NCBI GenBank assembly: GCA_964397015.1
Contig: CAYNHL010000002.1
Coordinates: 201 to 64,200, forward strand
From: an uncultured Desulfobacterales bacterium
GTDB taxonomy: Bacteria > Desulfobacterota > Desulfobacteria > Desulfobacterales > Desulfobacteraceae
Length of the DNA stretch: 64,000 nucleotides
Reading direction: 5' to 3'
The notes under the pieces were generated by a model. It was not told the origin of the DNA and ran no database searches. It saw only the letters and a list, made by a program, of their open reading frames with translations. The translations under genes and the position numbers were made by a program. This document shows, piece by piece, positions 17,128-26,603 of the stretch (positions within the stretch are counted from its first letter, which is position 1; every line of letters begins with the position of its first letter).

Positions 17128-18477
17128 TCAGACGATTCCCTGGTCTATCATGGCGTCGGCCACTTTTACAAAACCTGCTATATTGGCACCATTTACGTAA
17201 TTGCCCGGGGTGCCGTACTCTTCTGCAGCATCCTTGCAGATCGAGTGAATATTTTTCATTATTGTCTTAAGCTTGTCTTCCACTTCATTGCGAGACCACT
17301 TGATCCGCATGCTGTTCTGGCTCATCTCGAGGCCGGACACGGCTACGCCGCCGGCATTGGCAGCTTTACCCGGGGCATAGAGCAGCTTGCTGTCAATGAA
17401 TATATCGACACCCTCAGGAGTGGTCGGCATGTTGGCCCCTTCACTGACCACAGATACCCCGTTTTTAACCATGTTCATTGCATCGATATCATTTATTTCG
17501 TTCTGGGTGGCGCTGGGAAAGGCGCAGTCGGCCTTGTGATTCCACAGGGGATTGTGATCTATGACGGCGCCAAATGGTGTGTATACAGCATCAGGATAAG
17601 TTTCGACATATTCCTTTATCCGGGCTCGTCTGACATTTTTCAGGTACATGACATGAGCCAGTTTTGCATCGTCAATTCCGGCCTCGTCATAAATATATCC
17701 TGAAGAATCGGACAGGGTCACCACCCGGCCCCCCAGATGGTTGATTTTCTGGGTGGTGAACTGGGCCACATTGCCGGAGCCGGAGACCAGGCATGTTTTG
17801 TTTTCAAGGGTTTCATTTTTTGTGGCAAGCATTTCCTGGGCAAAGAAAACCGCCCCGTATCCCGTTGCTTCGGGCCGGATAAGGCTGCCGCCCCAGTTCA
17901 GGCTTTTGCCGGTCAGCACGCCTGAAAATTCATTGCTCAGTTTTTTGTATATGCCGAACAGGTATCCTATTTCCCGGCTGCCCACGCCGATGTCACCGGC
18001 AGGTACATCCGTATTGGACCCTATGTGCCGGAAAAGCTCGGACATGAAACTCTGGCAGAAACGCATGACTTCATTGTCGGATTTGCCCTTGGGATCAAAA
18101 TCAGAACCGCCTTTACCACCGCCCATGGGCAGCGTGGTCAAAGCATTTTTAAAAACCTGTTCAAATGCCAGGAATTTCAGGATGGAAAGGTTGACGGACG
18201 GATGGAAGCGCAGTCCACCTTTGTACGGACCGATGGCGGAATTCATCTGTATCCTGAACCCCCGGTTGACCTGGACAATTCCCTGGTCATTGACCCATGG
18301 CACCCTGAACTGCAGGATTCGTTCAGGTTCGACCATCCTCTCCATGATTCCGGCATGCCGATACTCAGGATTCTTGTCCAGCACAGGTTTTATCGATTCT
18401 GCCACTTCACTGACAGCCTGGTGGAATTCCTTTTCAAAAGGATCTTTCGCCGTTACAATGTCCATAATTGTACTCAT
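17128..18477 (-). CDS. gdhA: NADP-specific glutamate dehydrogenase
   Basis: Motifs FRVPWVNDQG, KGGLRFHPSVN, PMGGGKGGSDFDP, GSGNVAQ. The start is moved to the ATG at 18477 (MSTIMDIV), preceded by AGGAGA. Confidence 0.92.
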   Translation of the reverse strand: MSTIMDIVTAKDPFEKEFHQAVSEVAESIKPVLDKNPEYRHAGIMERMVEPERILQFRVPWVNDQGIVQVNRGFRIQMNSAIGPYKGGLRFHPSVNLSILKFLAFEQVFKNALTTLPMGGGKGGSDFDPKGKSDNEVMRFCQSFMSELFRHIGSNTDVPAGDIGVGSREIGYLFGIYKKLSNEFSGVLTGKSLNWGGSLIRPEATGYGAVFFAQEMLATKNETLENKTCLVSGSGNVAQFTTQKINHLGGRVVTLSDSSGYIYDEAGIDDAKLAHVMYLKNVRRARIKEYVETYPDAVYTPFGAVIDHNPLWNHKADCAFPSATQNEINDIDAMNMVKNGVSVVSEGANMPTTPEGVDIFIDSKLLYAPGKAANAGGVAVSGLEMSQNSMRIKWSRNEVEDKLKTIMKNIHSICKDAAEEYGTPGNYVNGANIAGFVKVADAMIDQGIV

Positions 18478-18712
18478 GCTCTTTCTCCTGAAAATTTTGT
18501 TAAAAGACAGGTAAGTCATACCCCCGACCAGCCCTGCCGTCAACTGCAAATATTTTTATTGAGTATGTTAAGGTCGTGGTCGTCACAGTGACACGCCGCC
18601 GAATTGATTTTTACATGCGATAACCCTGGAGGGTTTTTATTCCATGCTTGACAAAACAGGGCAATGACTGTAAAAAAAATCTTTGTCCGGATCCTGAAAC
18701 AAGTGATGAGGC

Positions 18713-19630
18713 ATGATCGAATCTCTTTTATCCCGAACAATGGTCGTTAAATCTCCCCCGTCAATGGCCCTGATTATGGCCAAAGGGTTTTTGCTGTCCA
18801 TGGTCAGATCCGGTGACCCGGCAATGCCCCCCGCCATTGAAAAGGTGAGGGTGGTGAGAAAAGGGGTGCGCCTGGATAGAGGAAAAGTGTCGATGTTCAA
18901 CGCTGTCTGTCAATACCCGCGCAACCTGACAATCGTTCCTGCAGCCTATATCCAGACTTTGTTCATAGGTCTGCTCGGCCGGTATATTACGTCGACAGCC
19001 TTTCCTTTAAATCCCATGGGGCTGATTCATACTTTTCAGAATATAAGTCTTTTGGAGCCTGTATCAATTAAAGATTCACTGGACCTGTACTGCAGTCTTC
19101 AGAAACTGCGGCCGGTTGAAAAGGGTTTTGAACTGGATTTCAAGCTGGCGGCCCATCGTGATGGGCGGCCGGTATGGCAGGGTCTGTCCACTTTTCTGGT
19201 CAGGACGGTTTTCGTGCAGTCAAAAAAAAAGGGTGGGCCAGACAAGGAGTCCCGGCTGCCGGTCCGGGCCCTGTTTAATGCCGAAAAAAATACCGGGCGC
19301 CTTTATGCCAGGGCTTCAGGAGATTACAATCCTCACCATCTGAGTGTTGTGCCGGCCAGGATCCTGGGATTCAAAGCCAGTATTGCTCATGGTATGTGGA
19401 GCCTGGCAAGGTCCCTTGCCGAAGTTACAAAAGTCATGCCGGTTTACTGCCCGGTTAGCATCGATGCCCGGTTCAAGCTTCCGGTCTATCTGCCTGCCTG
19501 TCTGGCACTCGGGTATGGCCCCTGGAACAGTCAACAGACTGAGTCAGGGGGGCTTGTGTTTGAACTCAGGGACGCCCGCAGCGGGCATCCCCATATTGCA
19601 GGATCGATTCTCTGCCCGGGACTGGGGTGA
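18713..19630 (+). CDS. MaoC-like (double hot-dog) dehydratase family protein
   Basis: SGDYNPHHLSVVPARILGFKASIAHGMW is the MaoC hydratase motif. The start codon is uncertain because there is no good SD. Confidence 0.6.
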   Translation: MIESLLSRTMVVKSPPSMALIMAKGFLLSMVRSGDPAMPPAIEKVRVVRKGVRLDRGKVSMFNAVCQYPRNLTIVPAAYIQTLFIGLLGRYITSTAFPLNPMGLIHTFQNISLLEPVSIKDSLDLYCSLQKLRPVEKGFELDFKLAAHRDGRPVWQGLSTFLVRTVFVQSKKKGGPDKESRLPVRALFNAEKNTGRLYARASGDYNPHHLSVVPARILGFKASIAHGMWSLARSLAEVTKVMPVYCPVSIDARFKLPVYLPACLALGYGPWNSQQTESGGLVFELRDARSGHPHIAGSILCPGLG

Positions 19631-19634
19631 AACA

Positions 19635-20525
19635 GTGCTGGGATCTGTGCTGTCTTTGGCTTCAGCCTTTTTCTGGGCCATGGCCGTTATCCTTTATAAA
19701 AAAAGCCGGGATGTTTTTTCGCCGGTATCTTTAAATATTTATAAAAGTATTGTGGCTTTTGTCATGCTCCTGGTGACCATGCTGGTGATGGGAATTCCGG
19801 TTTTTCCACAGGAACCTCTCAATCACTGGCTGTTGCTGACATTGTCAGGTCTGCTTGGAATAACACTGGCCGACCTGCTTTTCTTCATGGCCATGGGAAG
19901 GCTTGGAGCCGGCCTTCTGGCGATTTCGGAATGCCTGTATCTTCCCATGGTCATCATGCTCTCCTTTTTTCTGCTTGGAGAGCAGTTGAGTGCCGGGGGG
20001 ATTGCCGGGGGGATCTTGATCCTGTGCGCCATTGCCATAGGTTCCCTGTATGGTACGGGAAGCAGCCTGGTCCAGCCTGTCGATTCAAAACAGATTGCAT
20101 GGGGCATGGTTCTGGGCTGCCTGTCCATGGTGTTCCTTGCTCTCGGCATTGTCATGGTCAAGGAGGTTCTGGAAACCACAAACGTATTGTGGGCCACCCT
20201 GGTGCGGGTAACTGCCGGAGTTGTATCCCTGGCAGTGGTGATCCTGCTCCACCCGGGGCGTAAAAGATACCTGGATGAATTGAAATTTTCAAAATCCTGG
20301 CTGACGGCACTTCCGGCATCTGTGGCAGGCAATTACCTGGCCCTGATATGCTGGATGGGAGGCATGAAATACACCACGGCATCCAGGGCGGCCATTTTGA
20401 ACCAGATGTCCACCATTTTCATTTTTATTCTTGCAGCGTTTTTTTTAAAAGAGAGAATCACCATCAGCAAAACCGTTGCCATCTTTCTTGCTGTCAGCGG
20501 GGCCTGGCTGACTCTTATGAATTAA
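19635..20525 (+). CDS. EamA/DMT family transporter
   Basis: About 10 hydrophobic helices with two EamA-like halves. The start is placed at GTG 19635, just after the upstream stop. The track ORF extends to 19344, but that part overlaps the MaoC gene. Confidence 0.7.
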   Translation: MLGSVLSLASAFFWAMAVILYKKSRDVFSPVSLNIYKSIVAFVMLLVTMLVMGIPVFPQEPLNHWLLLTLSGLLGITLADLLFFMAMGRLGAGLLAISECLYLPMVIMLSFFLLGEQLSAGGIAGGILILCAIAIGSLYGTGSSLVQPVDSKQIAWGMVLGCLSMVFLALGIVMVKEVLETTNVLWATLVRVTAGVVSLAVVILLHPGRKRYLDELKFSKSWLTALPASVAGNYLALICWMGGMKYTTASRAAILNQMSTIFIFILAAFFLKERITISKTVAIFLAVSGAWLTLMN

Positions 20526-20608
20526 CCATACAAGCAGTTGCCTGTCATGCTCACAAACCGGTGCCGATAGACAGGTTGTTCGGTATAATGAATTCACGGG
20601 CAGTAAAA

Positions 20609-21616
20609 TCACAGGCGGTGCTTTTTTTTCAGTCCCCTGAACTGGTCATAGGTCAGGCCAAGTATCCGGGCCGCTTTTTTCTGGTTGTGTCTGCATGTTT
20701 CAAGGGCATTTGACAGGCGGGTTTTTTCCAGGGTCAATACGGCTTCTTTGATCGGCATATGGTTCAATCTTTCCATGACGTCGACCGGTGCGCCATTTGT
20801 GCCGGATGGATTAAGGTATTTTGACAAAGGTGAATCAAAAGGATTGAAATGGATGTTTGAGATAACCGGTGTCGCGGATCTGTAAACTGCCCGTTCAATG
20901 ACATTTTTAAGTTCCCTGATATTGCCTGGCCAGGCATAGGTTTCAAGGGCCAGGGCAGCTTTTTCGCTGAATCGGGGGATTTGGGGCCGGCCGAGTTCGT
21001 AGGCCATGCGCTGGGCAAAATGGTCGGCTATCAGGAGAATATCCCCTTCTCTCTCCCGCAGTGGCGGGACAAAAATCACTTCAAAGGACAGCCGGTCTAA
21101 AAGATCCTGTTTGAACTGTCCTGCAGCGGCCATTGCCGGCAGGTTGGCATTGGTGGCAGCAACGATGCGGACATCCACGGAAACAGGCTGCGGGCTGCCC
21201 ACCCGCTCAAAGCGGTTGTATTCAACCACCCTTAAAATTTTTTCCTGGACCTCCATGGGAATGGTGCCTATTTCATCGAGGAACAGGGTGCCTTCGGATG
21301 CGATTTCAAAACGGCCCGGCTGCCGGGCTGCGGCACCTGTAAATGCCCCTTTTTCATACCCGAACAATTCCGACCCGATAAGGCCGGGGGTCAATGAAGA
21401 GCAGTTCAGTGTGACCAGGTTTTTCTGCCAGCGGCCGGACAGGTAGTGGATGCGGGCGGCGGCCAGTTCCTTGCCTGTGCCGCGTTCCCCAATGATGAGA
21501 ACCGGGCGGTTGATGGGGGCGACCTGGGAGATCTGGTCCTGGAACGCTAAAAAGGAATCTGACTGGCCAATTGCTTCGGGCAGGTTAGACGGTGTGCGCA
21601 TTATGTCAGAGGACAT
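20609..21616 (-). CDS. pspF: Sigma54-dependent activator lacking a receiver domain (PspF-like)
   Basis: AAA+ core (GERGTGKE, GAFTGA, ESELFGYEKGAFTG-like segment, RFERVG) plus a C-terminal HTH. It is divergent from pspA. Confidence 0.85.
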   Translation of the reverse strand: MSSDIMRTPSNLPEAIGQSDSFLAFQDQISQVAPINRPVLIIGERGTGKELAAARIHYLSGRWQKNLVTLNCSSLTPGLIGSELFGYEKGAFTGAAARQPGRFEIASEGTLFLDEIGTIPMEVQEKILRVVEYNRFERVGSPQPVSVDVRIVAATNANLPAMAAAGQFKQDLLDRLSFEVIFVPPLREREGDILLIADHFAQRMAYELGRPQIPRFSEKAALALETYAWPGNIRELKNVIERAVYRSATPVISNIHFNPFDSPLSKYLNPSGTNGAPVDVMERLNHMPIKEAVLTLEKTRLSNALETCRHNQKKAARILGLTYDQFRGLKKKHRL

Positions 21617-21639
21617 TTGTTTCTCCTGGTGCGGGCAGA

Positions 21640-21667
21640 TAATTGGTTAAAATAACTGTTAATTGGT
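21640..21667. promoter_or_regulatory. Candidate enhancer (UAS) for PspF: two TAATTGGT direct repeats exactly 20 bp apart
   Basis: TAATTGGT occurs at 21640-21647 and 21660-21667, about 80-105 bp upstream of the sigma54 promoter. Confidence 0.3.
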
Positions 21668-21744
21668 ATTTTTTACCATATAGATTCTGAAGGGTCAATA
21701 TAAAATCTGTTGATATCATTGGCATTTTTCACGCCCTGCACTTC

Positions 21745-21760
21745 TGGCACAGTATATGCT
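21745..21760 (+). promoter_or_regulatory. Sigma54 (-24/-12) promoter of pspABC
   Basis: TGGCAC-agtat-ATGCT, with 10 nt between GG and GC. It lies about 78 nt upstream of the pspA ATG. Confidence 0.7.
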
Positions 21761-21836
21761 CAAGCCCTGTGGTGTACCAGAAAAAATGATTAAAGGAATA
21801 AAAAGCAATATCAACATAAATTCAAGGAGAAAACAG

Positions 21837-22517
21837 ATGGGAATTTTTACAAGATTCAGGGACATTATCACATCCAATATCAATGCAATGCTGGACAGGG
21901 CGGAAGACCCGGAAAAACTGATAAAACTGATGATCCGGGAAATGGAAGATACCCTGGTCGAGCTCAAGGCCTCCTGTGCCAACACCATTGCCAGCCAGAA
22001 AAAAGTGGGGCGGATAATCAATGACATCAAAGACAAGGAGGACTTCTGGGAGTCCAAGGCCCAGCTGGCGGTTGACCGGGGAAGAGATGATCTTGCCCGC
22101 CAGGCGCTCAAGGAAAAAAAGGGGTATTCAAGGCGCCTGGAAACCCTGGAGACGGAGGTGGCTGAGCTTGACGCCATTGTCGAGCAGTACCGGGATGATA
22201 TACAGGCCCTTGAAGACAAACTGAAGACAGCCAGGGAAAAACAGCGCATGCTGGTTCAGCGGCATATCCGGGCCAGCCGGAAAAAAAAGGTCCACGAAGA
22301 GATCAGGCGGGCTGACAGCGCGGAAATCATACAGAAATTTGATGAAATGGAAAATCATATAGAGCAGATGGAAGCTGAAGCCGATTTGGTCAATTACGGA
22401 AAAAAAGGCTCCCTGGAAGAGGCGTTCGATGATCTGGTCATGGATGATGAAATTGAAGCCGAACTGTCTGAGCTTAAATCGACCAAAGTTTTGGAAAATG
22501 ATGAAAAAATTTCATAG
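21837..22517 (+). CDS. pspA: Phage shock protein A
   Basis: MGIFTRFRDIITSNINAMLDRAEDPEKLIKLMIREME is the PspA/IM30 N-terminus. Coiled coil throughout. SD AAGGAGA. The start is moved from 21756. Confidence 0.9.
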   Translation: MGIFTRFRDIITSNINAMLDRAEDPEKLIKLMIREMEDTLVELKASCANTIASQKKVGRIINDIKDKEDFWESKAQLAVDRGRDDLARQALKEKKGYSRRLETLETEVAELDAIVEQYRDDIQALEDKLKTAREKQRMLVQRHIRASRKKKVHEEIRRADSAEIIQKFDEMENHIEQMEAEADLVNYGKKGSLEEAFDDLVMDDEIEAELSELKSTKVLENDEKIS

Positions 22518-22559
22518 TCAACCGCTTGGAGCGAACTGCTATAAGGAGAATTTTGTTTT

Positions 22560-22823
22560 ATGGTAACCCTGATGATAATTATCGTGAGCATTGGCGGCGC
22601 CATTCTTCTGTTTTTGACTGTTGGACTTTTGATTATCGGGATCATCAGGACGGCTAAAACCGGGGGAATATTAAAAAAGGAAAAACTGGCCAATGCAGAG
22701 GAAGCCCGGATGATCCAGGACATTTACCATGGTTTGTCCAGAATGGAGGAACGGGTGGAGGCTCTTGAAACCATATTGATGGACCACAGTAAAAAAGGAG
22801 CTGACCATGCATCCGAAATCTAA
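22560..22823 (+). CDS. pspB: Phage shock protein B-like membrane protein
   Basis: One TM helix followed by EEARMIQDIYHGLSRMEERVEALETIL, which resembles the PspB C-terminal helix. Confidence 0.65.
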   Translation: MVTLMIIIVSIGGAILLFLTVGLLIIGIIRTAKTGGILKKEKLANAEEARMIQDIYHGLSRMEERVEALETILMDHSKKGADHASEI

Positions 22824-23244
22824 AAGGCGCGGTCGTCGTCATGGCCGTTTTTCAAGGGGTTTTTCACATGTTACCACCGGGTTCAACCGTGTGGTCGGTG
22901 GAAACGGCCTGTACCGGTCCAGAAAAGGCATTTTTCTGGGAGTTTGCCGGGGTGTGGCCGAATATTTCAACTTCAGCGTGTTCTGGACACGAATTATAAC
23001 CCTGGTTATATTTTTTCTCACCGGATTCTGGCCGGTGGTTATAGGGTATATTCTTGCTGGGCTTGTCATGAAGCCAGCACCGGTATCTCCCCTTCATACA
23101 GAAAGGGACAAGGAATTCTATGATACATATACCAGCTCCAGAGATTTTGCCGTACAGCGGGTCAAGCGAAAATATGACAATATCAACCGCAGGATACAGC
23201 GCATGGAGCATACTGTGACCTCCAGGGAATTTGACTGGGACTGA
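22807..23244 (+). CDS. pspC: PspC domain protein
   Basis: LYRSRKGIFLGVCRGVAEYFNFSVFWTRIITLV is the PspC domain signature, followed by a TM helix. Confidence 0.8.
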   Translation: MHPKSKRRGRRHGRFSRGFSHVTTGFNRVVGGNGLYRSRKGIFLGVCRGVAEYFNFSVFWTRIITLVIFFLTGFWPVVIGYILAGLVMKPAPVSPLHTERDKEFYDTYTSSRDFAVQRVKRKYDNINRRIQRMEHTVTSREFDWD

Positions 23245-23370
23245 TCCTGTGGATTAACGTCCTGTGATCTCAGCTGCCGGTGAACTGTGGATTTTTTTAA
23301 TTCTTGATTCAGATCAAGGATTTCTGTTATGGTTTTGCCTATGATCGTTACATAATCTTGGGAGAGGGCA

Positions 23371-23907
23371 ATGATCATTCCGGTTCAGGGCACAAACCAG
23401 ATTTCAAAAGATGTACAGGCGCATGCCACCGATGTGAATTTCAACACCTGCCTTCACTGTAAGAGCTGCGCCAATGCCTGCCCTTTCCTGGCGGCCATGG
23501 ATTTTCACCCCAATGTGGTGCTGCGCATGATTCAGATGGGAATGGAAAATCAGGTACTGGAAAGCGGTACCATCTGGGTGTGCGTGGGCTGCAATACCTG
23601 TTGTGACAACTGTCCCATGGCCATTGATATCCCGGCGGTAATGGATGCTCTAAGGCAGCTTGCAATGGAAAAAGAGGCGGTCATCAAAGAGCCGGATGTA
23701 TTGAATTTCCATGAGCAGGTCATGAATTCCATTCAAAGATACGGCCGCGCCCACAAACTTGAGATCATGATGCGGTACAAGCTGAAAAAGAAGGATTTTT
23801 TCCAGGATATCGGGCTGGGGCTGACCATGCTCAAGAAACGTAAGCTGGATCTGATGCCGTCAAAAATAAAGGATACCCGGGCCATTGAAATCATATTCAG
23901 AAGATAA
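23371..23907 (+). CDS. Heterodisulfide reductase subunit C-like 4Fe-4S protein
   Basis: Two CxxCxxCxxxCP motifs (CLHCKSCANACP, CVGCNTCCDNCP). Confidence 0.75.
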   Translation: MIIPVQGTNQISKDVQAHATDVNFNTCLHCKSCANACPFLAAMDFHPNVVLRMIQMGMENQVLESGTIWVCVGCNTCCDNCPMAIDIPAVMDALRQLAMEKEAVIKEPDVLNFHEQVMNSIQRYGRAHKLEIMMRYKLKKKDFFQDIGLGLTMLKKRKLDLMPSKIKDTRAIEIIFRR

Positions 23908-24748
23908 CGCCAATCAGTATTCTTATTTTCCCGGATGTTCACTGGCCGCCACCGGGCATGAAAACAACCTTTCCATTCATAGATTCTGTGACAGGATCGG
24001 AATTGATTTGATGGAACTGCCCGACTGGAACTGCTGTGGCTCATCTTCCGCTCACAGCGTCAATGCAAGGGCTGCCCGACTGCTGCCGCAGCGGAACCTG
24101 TCACTGGTCCCCAAAGGCCTTTCTTTGCTGGTAGCCTGCCCGAGTTGCTATCTCAGATTACGTCAGAGCCATGTTCAGATTTTGAACGATCCTTTTATGC
24201 AGGACGAATACGAATCTCTCTGGAACCGGGCATTTGATCCTGACCTGGAGATCATTCATTTTTTCGACCTGTTTTCCAGGATCCGCCTGGCCGATTTTAT
24301 TCCCAAAGGCAGCCTGGGACTCAATAAACTGAAATTTGCCCCTTATTACGGGTGCATGCTGGCCAGGCCGCCTTTATTGAGACGGGAGAAAACCCATCGC
24401 GGTCTTCTGGAAAAAACACTGCAGTCCATTGGAGCCACTCCTGTTTTCTGGCCCCATTATTCAAAATGCTGCGGAACCTACCTGTCCGTGGCCAAACCGG
24501 CTGCCGCCACAGCGGTGGTGAACCAGATCATGACCAGCGCCATCGATTCCGGCGCAGAATGCCTTGTAACAGCCTGTGCCATGTGCCATCTCAACCTGGA
24601 AATCCGTTGTACACTTGATAAACAGATCCCCACCCTCCATTTTTCAGAGCTCTTGTCCCTTGCCCTTGGCGTGGATGATCATGAAAAATGGTTTAAAAAA
24701 CATCTCGTGGACCCCACCGGACTGCTGGAATCCCGCAAGGTGATATGA
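23885..24748 (+). CDS. Heterodisulfide reductase subunit B-like (two CCG domains)
   Basis: YFPGCS, NCCGSSS and KCCGTY motifs. It overlaps the hdrC-like gene by 23 nt. Confidence 0.8.
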   Translation: MKSYSEDNANQYSYFPGCSLAATGHENNLSIHRFCDRIGIDLMELPDWNCCGSSSAHSVNARAARLLPQRNLSLVPKGLSLLVACPSCYLRLRQSHVQILNDPFMQDEYESLWNRAFDPDLEIIHFFDLFSRIRLADFIPKGSLGLNKLKFAPYYGCMLARPPLLRREKTHRGLLEKTLQSIGATPVFWPHYSKCCGTYLSVAKPAAATAVVNQIMTSAIDSGAECLVTACAMCHLNLEIRCTLDKQIPTLHFSELLSLALGVDDHEKWFKKHLVDPTGLLESRKVI

Positions 24749-24756
24749 CTTTCAGT

Positions 24757-26598
24757 TTAAAGTGTCTTTGGCTCGCCAGGCTGTTTGATGTGGAGATCCC
24801 GCTGGGGAAACGGAATGACGATGCCGTTGGCTTTGAAGATGTTGTCAATTTCGAACCTCAGGTTACTCTCGGCCAGGATGAAGTCATTGATGGTGGTCCA
24901 GAACCGTACCCGGAAATCAAGCGAACTGTCCCCAAAGTCGATGAAATGTACGGCCGGAGCCACAGGGTGCCGGTACACCTCCTTTACATTGTCCGCAGCC
25001 TGGAGCAGCAGCTCTTTGACCTGTGCCGTGTCCGATCCGTAGGCCACGCCGATATTCACATCTCTTCTGATAAAAGGGTCTTTATGGCTCCAGTTTGTCA
25101 CCTTGGCGCTGATAAATTCAGAATTCGGTAAAATAAGGCTGGAATTGTCATAGGTCTGGACCAGTGTGGCGCGGACATTGATTTTTTTGACTTCTCCCCA
25201 TGCGCCGCCGATTTCAACCACGTCGCCCACCTGTATGGGGCGTTCAAACAACAGGATCAATCCACTGATGAAATTGTTGAAAATGTTCTGGAGTCCGAAT
25301 CCAAGCCCTATGCCCAGTGCCCCTAAAGCAACGGTCAGGCCCGTGGTGTTCAAGCCGAAGACACTCAGGCTGATCAGGATGCCGACTGACCAGATCAGGT
25401 AGTTCAAGATGGTGATTACTGAATCCCTGGCTCCCAGGGACAGGCCGCTTTTGTCAAGCACGCGGCCTGCCATGATTTTTTGCCACACCTGGGTGAACAG
25501 GTATGTCAGCAAAAGGATCAAAACGGAATTAAAAAATCCGGAAAAGCTCAGTTCCAGTTTTCCCATCATGAATTTTTTGTTCAACACCTGCCAGGTCTGT
25601 GAGAAAAAGTCGTTCCCGGCTCCCCATGACAGGGCGATACCGGCAATAGCGACTGCCATGATGAAAAGATACAGTCCGTTGTAAAAAAACCAGTATAGTG
25701 GATACGGGACACCTTTGTAGGTCCGGGATACAGGGTCCAATTTGCCCTTGACCCCGAGGTTCAGGTCTATAAGGGAATAAACGAGCAGTGCACCTACACA
25801 TGCGGCAACGATTGTTCCTCCCCACGAGACCAGCCACCGGGAGGCAAAATCATTGTAACCGGCCAGATCGGCCAGTAATCCGGTCAATGCCACCAGTTTT
25901 GATCCGCCGTTTGCCAGCTTGAATTTTATTCCCTGACTGCCGGCCCTGATTTTTTTAAACCGGTACCAGAAGAAAAATATACCTGCGGTCAAAACAATCT
26001 CTGAGAGAATGCGAATCGGTGTCAAAAGGAAATGTTCCGGAGAAACAAACCGGTATATGGCCAGGTAGACCAGGGCGTAAAACCGGATCGCCCAGACAGC
26101 CGTGTTTGTCCACCGTTCAAAAAAGGTCCGTTCGGCAGAAGTGTTCTCCTGTCCCATCAACCGGAGGATATGGCCGGCTATTTTGGTGCACAGGGAAACC
26201 GTGATAAAGGTTTGTAAAAAAAGGAGAAAATCCGGGAACACACTATAAATCCGGGTGTTAAGCAGAAGAGTGCATGCCGCCAGCAGGTAAAGCCATAATC
26301 CGGATGCTTTGATCACTTTCAGCGGATAACCGGCTTTTTTTTGCAATACTTTCTGCAAGGCGGGTTTTTGCCAGAGCCAGGCCATTGCCCGGTATATCAG
26401 CAGGCCTGAAATAAGGATGACAATAAGAATGACAGCGGCATTTGCATCCATGTGCCGGCGTGCCAGATCCCATTTTTCAGCCAGGTTCTCTTTTGGCAAC
26501 AGGTCGGCACCAACTGCACTGGAAAGCATTCCCGGCAGCATGATCATAACCCCGATAGAGCAGAAAAACAGGAGCTTATGTATGATAGATCCTTGCAT
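24757..26598 (-). CDS. Large mechanosensitive channel, MscS/MscK family
   Basis: Multiple TM helices followed by the MscS core (GLQNIFNNFISGLILLFERPIQVGDVVEIGG..G.V..I..R.T). The start is moved to ATG 26598, just after the upstream stop. Confidence 0.85.
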   Translation of the reverse strand: MQGSIIHKLLFFCSIGVMIMLPGMLSSAVGADLLPKENLAEKWDLARRHMDANAAVILIVILISGLLIYRAMAWLWQKPALQKVLQKKAGYPLKVIKASGLWLYLLAACTLLLNTRIYSVFPDFLLFLQTFITVSLCTKIAGHILRLMGQENTSAERTFFERWTNTAVWAIRFYALVYLAIYRFVSPEHFLLTPIRILSEIVLTAGIFFFWYRFKKIRAGSQGIKFKLANGGSKLVALTGLLADLAGYNDFASRWLVSWGGTIVAACVGALLVYSLIDLNLGVKGKLDPVSRTYKGVPYPLYWFFYNGLYLFIMAVAIAGIALSWGAGNDFFSQTWQVLNKKFMMGKLELSFSGFFNSVLILLLTYLFTQVWQKIMAGRVLDKSGLSLGARDSVITILNYLIWSVGILISLSVFGLNTTGLTVALGALGIGLGFGLQNIFNNFISGLILLFERPIQVGDVVEIGGAWGEVKKINVRATLVQTYDNSSLILPNSEFISAKVTNWSHKDPFIRRDVNIGVAYGSDTAQVKELLLQAADNVKEVYRHPVAPAVHFIDFGDSSLDFRVRFWTTINDFILAESNLRFEIDNIFKANGIVIPFPQRDLHIKQPGEPKTL

Positions 26599-26603
26599 GT
26601 TTT

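Noticed and set aside
18622-18640. Short hairpin AACCC-tgga-GGGTT followed by a T-run in the gdhA/MaoC divergent region
   Set aside because: The stem is only 5 bp and there is no upstream plus-strand gene to terminate. It could be an attenuator, but the evidence is too thin.
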